Positions 25,529-36,241 of a stretch of 64,000 nucleotides of DNA are shown piece after piece. Made by a program: the position numbers and the translations under genes. Numbering within the stretch: position 1 is the first letter of the stretch; each line of letters begins with the position of its first letter. This stretch comes from Callorhinchus milii. Its lineage: Eukaryota. The notes beneath the pieces are model-generated. The model made no database searches, had not been told where the DNA came from, and saw nothing but the letters and a program-made list of their open reading frames with translations. The DNA is taken from contig NW_024704807.1 in assembly GCF_018977255.1 (NCBI RefSeq), forward strand, positions 1 through 64,000, written 5' to 3'.

Positions 25529-26039
25529 GTTAGTGAGAAACATTTCTAATGAATTAATGTAAAAGTTTATTTACGTGAGTTTGTCAAAAAAACATAATTC
25601 TAACCGATTGCTCCCAATTATGTGCAAATGTGCCATTTCAACGAACCACTTGAAAAAAAAATTAATGAATGTGATGCGAAAATATAAATCAGCTCCTACT
25701 TTAATGTTTGTTTCTCAAATGACCAACTTTTATTTCCATGTTTTGAAAGACACTGATTTGGTCTGCATAGTAGTTCCAAAGGAACATGACCAGAGTACAC
25801 TCATATTAATTCGGATAATTAATTACTCACAGCGCTGGGATGTATTACCATTAATATCCTCTTCTGTTCTCCCAAAAAGTGGGTTCTACAGTTCTGAATC
25901 AAGTTCATCAACCTGAAACGTTAACAAGCATTCGTCTCTCCATATACACTGAGGGTTCCCATGTACTTCTAATTCATTCTACACCAACAAGCAAATCCGT
26001 ATGCAAGCGTGCAGAAACACTGCATGTTTCGATAATGTA

Positions 26040-26135
26040 AGGCGAGAAATTTGAAGAAAGAATGAAAAACGATTTAGAGAGAAAGAGGGACAGGTAGAAA
26101 GACAGAAAGAAAGAAGGAAAGAAAGAAAGACAGAC

Positions 26136-26171
<36 letters not shown>

Positions 26172-26311
26172 GGGGAGAAGGANNNNNNNNNNNNNNNNNN
26201 NNNNNNNNNNNNNNNNNNNNNNNNNNNNNNNNNNNNNNNNNNNNNNNNNNNNNNNNNNNNNNNNNNNNNNNNNNNNNNNNNNNNNNNNNNNNNNNNNNNN
26301 NNNNNNNNNNN
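26040..26311. repeat. (GAAA)n/(GA)n microsatellite with N-gap; resolved mirror at ~45735-45960
   Basis: Tandem GAAA/GA units seen directly. Confidence 0.9.
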
Positions 26312-26769
26312 TGGCTGCTTGTTCAAGTGAAATTGCATTGAGCAGTTCACAGACTGAGAGAGAAACTGATGTTGGCAACGAACCAGAGAATAAACCTTCT
26401 CCAGCAGCGATGTTAAAGTAACGACATTTACAGAAGAGAAACTTTCCATTTGCCTCAACTGTAAACCCTCGGAGTTAACGGTACAAACTGACACATGATT
26501 CTCTGCTAAAGTTGTCCATGATCACAGACACCCAAATCCTCAATGTGGACAATCCACTACAGCAAACGAGTACAAAATTAAGAATCAATGCTTAGTTAAA
26601 CGGTGCACTTACGAGAGTCTTATCAATGGTGTCACAGAAATAAACATAGGGTTTGTGTCAGCAATAAAACATGGCTCAGATAAAAGAGCTGTCTACTTTA
26701 ATACATTCCTTTGCTCTTTCTACTGTTGATGTAACATTAATCCTTACGTGTACCGTTGTAACTTTCACG

Positions 26770-27282
26770 GACACATTAGGAAGTGTGTGAAGGCCTTGGA
26801 CAGGGAGCGAAAGAGATTTGGCAAAATGATACCAGGACAGAAGAATTAATTTGTATGTTCTGGCAATGTTCTCCTGAGAGCACCGAAGGTTCAGGGGAGA
26901 TTTAATTGAAGTATTCACAGATGCGAGTGTTTTTGGGAGAGCAGAAAAGGAAAACATGATTCCAATGGGAAGTGGTTCAGTAACCAATGAACCCAAATGT
27001 AAGATAAGTGGTAACAGAACAAGTGGGGAGAGCAGAAGAATTTATTTTCACTGAAAATTGTTACTGAATGCAATGTGCTGCCTCAAAGGGTAGTGGAAAC
27101 AGATTCGAAAGATAATTTCAGTATGAAATTGGTTGGATCCATCAAAAGGAATATAAAGGTCTTTGTGTTCATAGCGGGAAAGTGGGATTGGACTGGTTAG
27201 CTCTTTTCAAAGCTCTATTCACAGACACGATGGGCTGAATGGCCTCTTTCTGTGCTGAAAGATTCAATGATTCCATGACTCT
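26770..27282 (+). mobile_element. CR1 LINE 3' fragment in the J to supporting-V intron
   Basis: Decayed ORF2 C-terminus (HIRKCVKAL..., RRFRGDLIEVF..., ...VLPQRVVETDS) followed by the CR1-type tail ...GAATGGCCTCTTTCTGTGCTG...GATTCAATGATTCCATGACTCT. Mirror at ~44754-45267. Confidence 0.75.
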
Positions 27283-27309
27283 AAGTAAACTGTAATTTGC
27301 GTCCCGCAG

Positions 27310-27610
27310 GATCCAATTATACAGTTTCCCAGTCACCGCCTGAACAAACCGCTTTTGCTGGTGAGAGGATAAATTTACATTGCCAATATTCAGGATACTG
27401 CGGACAGGATTTCAGCGTCTCCTGGTACCGACAGTCCCCTGGCGAGGGACTGAAATACCTGCTCCACAGAAACCCCTCAGGAGAGGGAGGAAACCCACTG
27501 GAGATCATATTTCTGTTTCTCTTGACACTGCCAAGAAAATCAGCGTTTTAACCATCGCCGACCTGCGGCTGACAGACTCCGCTATGTATCACTGTGCACT
27601 CAGTCTGCAC
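27310..27610 (+). pseudogene. Leaderless supporting TCR-delta V of cassette 1; 1-nt frameshift as assembled
   Basis: Acceptor CCCGCAG| in phase with the J donor; HCQYSGYCGQDFSVSWYRQ. GGAAACCC at ~27489-27496 versus GGAAAACCC in the mirror copy. RSS CACAGTG 27611-27617, 23 bp, ACAATAACC. Confidence 0.85.
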
Positions 27611-28741
27611 CACAGTGATACACATCATAGGAAGCCTCGTACAATAACCCTCATCACAGCCAAAGCTGGGAAACAGTACAGTTAGCGACAGAGAGTGTAA
27701 CAAACCTTCTGCCAAATGCCACCATAGCTCACATCTTGTTGAGGTTTGTCAAGTCAGCTAAAATATGTGATACTTTTTCTTATATGTGAGATGTTCTTCA
27801 CCAACAGAGAGAAGATTGTGATAAATGTTTGTTGGAACATTTACATGTTAATAATAATAGTAATAAAAACAAAATAACAATTAACATAATCTTTCCATTT
27901 GACTTTTAGTCGCAGCACTTCATTGAGACTTCTCAATGCGCTTCTCAGATTATTCTTAAATTGAATTGACTGTACATTTTGCAGTAAAAAGGCCTAATCC
28001 AATTTTTTGTTTGTTACAGCGGGCACTTGAAATGCTGTTACATATATTTTCACACTGATTTGTTTTAAAGTGATAGTTTAATGCCAGTGGAGACTTGTAC
28101 TTTAATCGTTAGTGAGACGACATGGGTTCGAATCCCAGGCAGTGCGAAAAGTTGGTCAAGTTTCTTTACTCCATACACGCGCCTCTGTTTTTCTTGCAGT
28201 AAGTGGGAACGCGTTTGTTGGTCGACTGTCAAATTATTTTCTGCGGTAATGACCGCTGCAAGACTAATTGGCAAATAATAGATTTGTTTCTTGATCCACG
28301 ACTGTTTTTGCAGGACACAGGTGTGCGCTCCGATGAAAATGTACAATCACTCCATCAAATGCAATCATTGCTATTATGTTACTTGCAGTAGATGAAGTCA
28401 AGATAATCAATGGGTATTACTTGACCTATGCTGGAGCACGAGGCTGATTTTTTGACAACCCAGCATAGAAAATAAATCCTAGAGATGAAGGAACAACAGC
28501 CCTTATATGTTTTTCGGCATAGAGTATAACTTAAAGCTCTTCACATAATTTGATTGCAAATTTGAGTTGCTGTGTGCTTTGTGGTTAACAGGGCAGCACA
28601 TTTGCGCTGTTAATTCCTTTGGGATGTTATTCACTTTTATTGTGCATGATGTTAAGTCTTTCTCCCTAACCCTTAAAACAATTAGTGGATTTACCTCCGG
28701 GCTTTGTATGACACTGATAAACATGTTTTCTCTGGCTATAG

Positions 28742-29046
28742 GGACAGGAGATGGAGTCAGTTTTGAACTATCAGAGGTGGAAATCTCTGTTACTGAAGTA
28801 CAGACTGTAACCCTGAGCTGCACCTTCTCTGCTGATTCCACCAATGTTTTGATATTCTGGTACCGTCATTATCCAAGAGAACCTCCTCTGTACGCAAGGA
28901 GACGTGATTCTAATGGGGATATATTCATTAGTGTATTTACAACGCAAAGTTTAACGCCAAATATGTACACGGGCAGGAAGATATCCACTGCATTTGTGCT
29001 CCACGAGGCTCTGTCTGACATGGTCAAACATTACTGTGCCATCACA
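28742..29046 (+). pseudogene. V segment (family A): open exon, degenerate leader
   Basis: Exon open (LSCTFS...WYRH...HYCAITH). The leader-homologous region lacks the ATG and carries an insertion. RSS CACACTG, 23 bp, GCATAAACC. Confidence 0.75.
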
Positions 29047-30208
29047 CACACTGTTACTGTCAGAATACATCTCTGTGCATAAACCTCCAAAGAGGAGAGA
29101 AAGGGTCTCATCCCAGAACAGATGTTAGTGCAGACAGTTGACCTCATTCACACGTTTTACTTTGCTTCTGTGTCTCTCAGAGGAAACACGCGGCTGATTG
29201 CCAACCACAAGCAAAATGTGATGGAAAAGTTCGTGGAGGGAAACAATGAACGAAATAATAGTGAACCTTACATTTAATGTAGCGCCCTATCGCGACTTCG
29301 AGATGTCTCAAACGGCTTCGCAAAATATACTGTGGAAAGAAGTTGTTACGAATTGGCAATGTAAACGGGAAACTATGTGGCATTAGCTGGTTATACAGCA
29401 ACAGTTTCCCCAAAGCATAATGTGGGGGTTGTCAAGCCTTGGTTCTCGCCAACTTGGGCTCAGAACAGATCAACATAATTGTGAGCCGAGGATTTAGTGT
29501 GTGGGAGTCTGTGGTGCTTCAGTATCCGTGGCCACACAGTGACTGACAGCGGGGTGTGTTACTGTACTCTGAGCTTCAGGTGATATAAGCCACTGGGAAT
29601 CTCGACATATTATNNNNNNNNNNNNNNNNNNNNNNNNNNNNNNAAAACCAAACCGAAGCCTAGGGAGACCGCTAGTAGAAGATAAAAGGGGTGGTCCACA
29701 AATAGCAGTGCTGCGGAAATCCTATTTGAGGAAAGAGATTGACTAACTGTGCGCGAGACCAGGCGGCAGTGGAGGGCGATTTGGTGTTCACTGTTGACCA
29801 CTCAATTAGGATTAAATTCACAATTGATGGGAAGCCGAAGGGAGGAAATTTAAACTGACACTGGAAGTGGGACAAAGGTCGTGTGCTGCAGAGAGCGGCT
29901 TTACTGAATGTTAGGAAAGACCGATAAAGAAGATACTAATGCACCTTTGACTTGGAGAAGGATCTGCTGCAGTGACCAGCAGTGACCAGAGTGGGGAACC
30001 TGGTTAAAGCAGCAGGGAATTAGCGTGATATGGATGATGATGGGTGAGAAGGAGGAAGGAGAATTTGGGGTAACGGAATATAAGGTTAGTGCAATAATAG
30101 GAGCCTTATCTGTTAGGGAACTAATTGATGGGCGGCTGCGAGGGGACATAGAGGGGATAGAGGAGGCAGCTATCAGAATGGTCACTTTACTGTATATCCT
30201 GTGAAACT

Positions 30209-30530
30209 GTGGAATCCTGCATCTCAGTGGTTAGAGCACTCGCTTTGCAAGCGAGATACCTGGGTTCAATTCCAGGCAGAGGGCGAAATCTTGGGCAAGG
30301 TTCCTTACTCCACACACAGCCTAATAATAATCCCTCCAGAAAAAAACAATAATAAAATGGTCATTTTAAATCCAGAACTGTTTGTGGGACATTGCTGTGC
30401 GCAAAAGAGCTTCGGCGTTTCGCCAACAAATATACAGTCAATTCACTTTGCAGCATAATATGTTAATCGTTTTGAGACGACTCGAACTCGTTAAAAGCGC
30501 TATATCAAAGCAAGGATTAGTATTATTGTT
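30209..30530 (+). mobile_element. tRNA-SINE, moderately diverged
   Basis: Homologous to the young SINE over its full length. Confidence 0.8.
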
Positions 30531-31229
30531 AGTAGAATTATTGTTGTACTTAACCCCTTAACAAGTCTCAATGGCATTATAAGCTATGTTATCAAATCTC
30601 AGGATTATTATTTATCTGTGCCAGTCTGTTTNNNNNNNNNNNNNNNNNNNNNNNNNNNNNNNNNNNNNNNNNNNNNNNNNNNNNNNNNNNNNNNNNNNNN
30701 NNNNNNNNNNNNNNNNNNNNNNNNNNNNNNNNNNNNNNNNNNNNNNNNNNNNNNNNNNNNNNNNNNNNNNNNNNNNNNNNNNNNNNNNNNNNNNNNNNNN
30801 NNNNNNNCATCTGTCTTTCTTCGACACCTTAGGCAAGTTTCCTGACTCCGGAGGTACAAACACAAAGACACGCCTCGGTTTACATAGCAGCAACTAGGAA
30901 CCTGCTTGCTTGCTAAATGCTCGCTCGCTATGCAATGGGTAATATTCCTGTAAAACATTAATGTTGAGAAGAATTGCAAAGTGCTATATCAAATGCAAGT
31001 ATTATTACTATTATTATTATTATAACCGCCTTCCTACTTACTTCCTACCGTTTTCGGAAGCCTGTGGGGTAAATAGACTTGTAAATAAACGGGAATGTTA
31101 CCCAGACCTGTTTGCGAGGCCAGCGCGCTAACTGCTATGCTATGGGACAATATTATTTCCTGTCTACACAGCCCCACAGTCTCTCAGACTAAGGCTGTGA
31201 GAGATCTCAGGTCTCTGTTCACTATGATT

Positions 31230-31470
31230 CTCAAATCATCCCTTTGGAATTCCATTCCACAATCCCTTCACCTCACTACCTCTCCGCCTCCTTCAAGGCA
31301 TGACTCAAGAACTTCCTGTTCGACTGTGCCTTCAGGTCCCCCTCCAACCCTCTCCGGTCCCAGCCCTGTGCCACACCCAACCCAAACCCCAGGACCTGAT
31401 CCCCGACTGTTCAGCGCATTGGGACGTCGCCTGGCTTGAAAGGCGCTTTACAAATGTAATGCTATTCTTT
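31230..31470 (+). mobile_element. L2 LINE 3' end
   Basis: Decayed L2 ORF2 C-terminal motif SLWNSIPQSL...SFKA*LKNFLFDCAF followed by the GAAAGGCGCT...AAATGTAA tail. Similar tails at ~8700-8900 and ~19850-20060 (mirror ~51975-52185). Confidence 0.7.
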
Positions 31471-32959
31471 ATTTAAAATTTTGATTCACAGGAGATCATA
31501 TGGCAAAGGGTTTGAACTCCAAAGGCAACGAAGTGAGTGGAGAAGAGGCCGGGAGCAGCAGATACGGTTTGAGAAAGAGGGAGAGAAGAGTTCACACTGA
31601 GGAAAGGGATCTTAGTGACGATGAATACCTGTGTAAGTGAAAAATCAACCTGAGTTTCTCCGCATCAAATGCTCCGGTGCAGAATCGGGCAGATGTCAGC
31701 CGGGCTCAGTTGGTTGCCCTCTAGGCTCCGAGTTAGAAGGTTGTGGGTTTGAGCCCCACATCGCGTACAATGATCTGATAGTCTGGGTTGACACTGCAGC
31801 ACAGAGCTGGGGGAGGGGGTGGGGGGCAGCGACACGTTGTCAGAGGTGCCGTCTCTCCCGGTTCCCTGCTTTAAATGGAGCTCAGGGGATAGTAGTGGGG
31901 GATGGCGGCCCAAGTCAACAACGGCAATCAAACGCTGTCAGCGGGGATGGTCAGCCTGTCCACTGCTGTGGGGAATGGGAGGACTATGGGGACTGAGGAG
32001 AGCAGCGCAGGGGGTCAATTTGGTATTGGGAACACGTCTCTTAGTTGGAAAGACAATGATGGCCGCATTTTGGAGGGGTTGAGGGAGTGAGAGAGATTCA
32101 AAGGGGAAGGAGAGAGTTGAGAAGGGAAAGGAAGGAGGTTGTGGAAAATGCTCAATAAAGATTTAGTCGGTGGGTTTGAAATACGCGGCCGGGATGTAAC
32201 ATCACGCATTGTTTGGTTCAGGTCGGAGACATTAAGTAGCTGCCACCGAAGAGCACCCTCGCTCCCCTCCCCACTACAAGCCAAGACCCGCCACAGCGCA
32301 CTACCCGCAGTGACGCCACCGCGATACATTGTCATAGACCCCGAACTTTTAAGCTAAAGACACTCTGCGCCTTTCCAGACAGATAGTAAAGATCCTATGG
32401 GAGTAATGGATATCACCTTATCACGTCATCAGGACGTCGCAGATCTTATCAGAGCGTCTCACTGCCAAGTGTATTGACTACAAAAAAAACAATAAAAAAT
32501 ACATTTGCATGACATCTTTCACATCGGGTGGACGTACCAAGATGAACAGCAATGTGTCCCAAACATGTCGTAACTGATAAATTTTGTCTGGGATATTGTC
32601 TGCCGGGAAACTGTGGTGGGACTGAGAGAAACTCGCTTCTCTTTTGGAATCATGTCTATGGGATCTTTACTGTCCACCTGAACAGACATGGCTGGGAATC
32701 TCATTACAACATTTCATCTGAAGCACAGCACCTCCTCCAATGGAAAACTTTTTCCGCATTAATATAAGTTTCTCCCTGTGTCCCAGCCAGTCTTCAACTG
32801 CACTGCTCATGCAGTCGCCTCACGGCTGTTTGTGGGTAGTTGCTGCCGTCAGAAACTGACGTTGTCAAAAAGTGATCAGCATGAAGGGCGGTATACAAAT
32901 GCAAGCTGCTATTGACCTTACAGTTGGCAGCAAATAATGTAAAACTTTGAGATTATCAG

Positions 32960-33665
32960 GTGCTGTACAAGTGCAAGGAATCAATCGCAATTTGCTCAAT
33001 AGTAATTCGTAAAGAAAGCTCATACACTGCTTACTCAGATCTTTCTTTTCTCCCATCAGCACCCAAAGTTGATAATTCTGAGGCTCATTCCTGGCCTCAT
33101 GCTCGCGTTGTGTTGACTCGTGTCGAGTTCCTCCAGAAACACAGCAGAAGACTTCCCGAGTTCCATAAAGGGACATCAACAACGCAGAGTACTTGTAACG
33201 CAAATGATGCTTTGCAGCAGAGCGAGTGTCAGGAAACTATCGAATTTCATGTTGAAGAAAACCGAGTCTCGCAAATAGGATCTCTACAGGGTCACAAGCA
33301 ATCGGTCTCAGAAGACAGACTGTATAAAAGTTCCTGATGTGGTGAGACTTTCATACATTCCGAACACCTCAAGAGACACCAGCGATCACACCGAGGAAAG
33401 CATCTGTGTAATTGTGTGGAATGTGGGCAGTTTCACAAGGTCAGGCAGTCTGCAGATACACCATCGATCACACTCAGGAGGGAGACCATATAAATGTGCT
33501 GAGTGTGGAAAGAATTTGACAACTTCAAGAGAAGTCCAGAGACACCAACAATCACAGAAAGGAGAGAAACCATATACATGTGCAGAATGTGGAAAGAGTT
33601 TCAGGTTATCATGGAGACTCAAGAGATACCAGCGATCACACACAGGAGAGTGTCTAAATACGTGA
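32960..33665 (+). pseudogene. Decayed Kruppel-type C2H2 zinc-finger gene fragment (~4 fingers)
   Basis: LYKSS*CGETFIHSEHLKRHQRSH, a frameshift, then FTRSGSLQIHHRSHSGGRPYKCAECGK...GEKPYTCAECGKSF...RYQRSHTGE. TGEKP-like linkers; stop at 33335-33337; several Cys/His ligands lost. Confidence 0.82.
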
Positions 33666-33939
33666 TAAGTCACGAAATCAAATACAAGGATTATTCATTT
33701 TTTATAACGTTTTTGTTATGGTTAATAATAACTTTTAACAAATATTTATCACAATTTGCTGTCTAAAAGTGAAGAACAATCCAAATATACAGTAAGTAAA
33801 TTACCAATATTTTTTAAGATACGGTGGAAGTTGTGAGAGAGTCTGTTACACTGTCTCTCACTAACTGTACTGTATTGTTTCCAGCGTTGGTTGTGATGAG
33901 GGTTATTGTACGAGGTTTCCTATGATGTGTATCACTGTG

Positions 33940-34241
33940 GTGCAGACTGAGTGCACAGTGATACATAGCGGAGTCTGTCAGCCGCAGGCCGGCGATGGTT
34001 AAAATGCTGATTTTCTTGGCAGTGTCAAGAGAAGCAGAAATATGACCTCCAGTGTGGTTTCCTCCCTCTCCTGAGGGTTTTCTGTGGAGCAGGTATTCCA
34101 GTGTCTCACCATGGGACTGACGGTACCAGGAGACGCTGAAGTCCTGACCGCAGTATCCTGAATATTGGCAATGTACATTTATCATCTCACCAGCAAAAGC
34201 AGTTTGTTCAGGCGGTGACTGGGAAACTGAAAACCTCGATC
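33940..34241 (-). CDS. Leaderless supporting TCR-delta V, cassette 3 (intact)
   Basis: Acceptor TGTAG|; GSRFSVSQSPP...HCQYSGYCGQDFSVSWYRQ...YHCALSLH open. RSS CACAGTG, 23 bp, ACAATAACC at 33901-33939. Confidence 0.9.
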
Positions 34242-34261
34242 CTACAGAAGGCACATTAAAA

Positions 34262-34470
34262 GTCACATATCATCATGCAATTATGAAACGTTAACCACAG
34301 AAGGAGGCAATTCGACCCATTTTGTTTGAGCCAGCTTTCTGAAGAGCTTTCCCACCAATTCCACTCCCACGAGTTTTTCACATTACCTTGTACTTTATTC
34401 CCCTTCTGAAATTTATTATCGAATCTGCTTCCAGCTCCCTTTCACAGATTGCAAATAAATCCTCATTATC
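34262..34470 (-). mobile_element. CR1 3'-end fragment upstream of the cassette 3 supporting V
   Basis: Minus strand: GAAGCAGATTCGATAATAAATTTCAG...GGGTCGAATTGCCTCCTTCTGTG. Confidence 0.6.
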
Positions 34471-34674
34471 TACCCTCGTGTTGTTTAATCTTACAAATAG
34501 GTTCTCTAATTAGCGAACCACTGGCGAGTGGAAACATTTTAATCGGTCAAGTGGTTTGTTGAAATGGCTGAGTTGTATATATTTGGGAGCAACGACTTCG
34601 AATAAAGCATTTTACTGATTCATGTGAATAAAATTGATGTGAACTGCAAATTTGCAGATGTATTTCTCACTTAC

Positions 34675-34728
34675 TTTTCGTTACGGTTACTTTGGTTGGT
34701 GATCCATCTTCGGTATATTCTTTAAAAC
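34675..34728 (-). other. NAR-TCR J segment, cassette 3 (FKEYTEDGSPTKVTVTK)
   Basis: Minus strand: AGTTTTTGC, 23 bp, GACTGTG, then J, then GTAAGT donor. Homologous to the cassette 1 J. Confidence 0.86.
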
Positions 34729-35107
34729 CACAGTCGCACGGCTCTCAATCTACAAGGTGCAAAAACTGTGCAATCAGTTCATGGTGTAATAGTCACCAAT
34801 AACATCATTTGATTTCAAATTGGTCATTAATTGCTATCACTCCAACACTGTCCCATCTTCCAATATTTGGTGCTTCCAAATCATGTATAATTTCGATATT
34901 ATTTCCACCCAAACACAGACAAAGTGCACGGCAATAAGAACATTTTTTCTATAAATCTCCAGCAAACATCTGCTAGAAGTAATATATTTCGAAAGCAAAA
35001 TTTCAACACATTGAACAACGCAGAATAGGACACCATCATCAGTGACACGCCCGATGCATTTACAAGTAAATACCTGTACGGTATTTGTGCTGATGTTTTC
35101 CAGTGTG

Positions 35108-35121
35108 CCTTCCCCAGCCAA
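35108..35121 (-). other. NAR-TCR D segment, cassette 3 (TTGGCTGGGGAAGG)
   Basis: Minus strand: GCTTTTTGT, 12 bp, CAATGTG, then D, then CACACTG, 12 bp, ACAAATACC. Confidence 0.88.
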
Positions 35122-35514
35122 CACATTGTTTACCCTCAACACAAAAAGCAATGGTATGAAGAAACAATTAAAAGGTTTCCTGCCATTTAAAAATTATCAA
35201 TCAGTGACATAACTGTAAAGTTCTTTAGTATATATTGTCCTTGGAGATCTTTGTATACTCTCTGCCTTGGTAATAAATTGCTAGTTACATGAATCCAAGA
35301 AAAGCTATTACGTCAGATTCATACTCACTCACTTTTCCTAAGTATTCTTAAACAGAAGTCGTTTTCTGAAGGAAGTGCTATTACACATCATTGTGCATCA
35401 CATACCAGTGAGGAATGTGTATTGAAACATTGAGGAGTTCACATTCTCTGTGATTCTCCTGTGAGTTGGTGAAGGGGTTTTTTGTATTGTCGGAAGCCCA
35501 GATACAGCACTGTG

Positions 35515-36241
35515 GTATACACGTATCGAGCTGTACATCTGTAGTCAGCGCTGTCTTCCACTTTCAAATCATTAATTTCCAGAGAAGACGACTTCGATCC
35601 CGTGTCTGTCTTCACAACAAACCTTCCTTCACGAGGGATGGGATTCCAGTTTGCCCCCTTTCCAAATTGCATAAAAAATTCCATGTTCATGAAACTATCA
35701 TAGTACCCTTCTTCAAAGACACAGCTGATGGTCAAAGCCTCGCATTCTTCTTTCCTAAGAGAGGATGGGGTCTGCTTTACTGAGGCACTGAAAACATCTG
35801 AAAATTATACACAACATAACATCAGTCTAAAACGTCTGCAATGCTGTCCGCTTCTATAAAATTTACATCCCAAGCTTTGGCTTGATATTGATTGATATCA
35901 ATTAACATAATATAATCACGATGTACAATTTCATTATAATATCAATTCATATAAATCATTTAATATATGATATAATTATCAGAATATAATTAAAACCAAT
36001 TCCCTGTCTAATTCCCGCCACAAACAACGTAGCTTTTTCACTTCACAATGTATTCCGAGAAGAACCTTAAAACGTCTCATCGAAGTGATAAAGCAATATA
36101 TCAATGCAAGGATCATTATTTTAGTTGTTATATCGCACATTGTTAGGATGATATTCACTGGTGCTGTGTAGTGCTGTGTTATGGAAACAAACACTTACAT
36201 TGTAAGAAGAGGAAGGAGATGGAGATACAGAGGAGAGGCAT
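35515..36241 (-). CDS. NARTCR: NAR-TCR V (VNAR-like), cassette 3
   Basis: Leader 36199-36241 (MPLLCISISFLFLQ). Exon 35515-35797: ASVKQTPSSLRKEECEALTISCV...GSKSSSLEINDLKVEDSADYRCTAR. RSS CACAGTG, 22 bp, ACAAAAAAC. Confidence 0.9.

Larger units (their letters stand above)
11450..29613 (+). repeat. Left arm of ~18 kb inverted segmental duplication
   Basis: Mirrored features sum to ~72,035 (20945/51090, 24400/47634, 25077/46958, 27310/44726). The inner end runs into an N-gap at 29614. Confidence 0.93.

Noticed and set aside
32370-32700. Short inverted motif AGTAAAGATCC.AT suggesting transposon TIRs.
   Set aside because: Only ~15 bp, with no TSD; more simply explained as two oppositely oriented SINE remnants.
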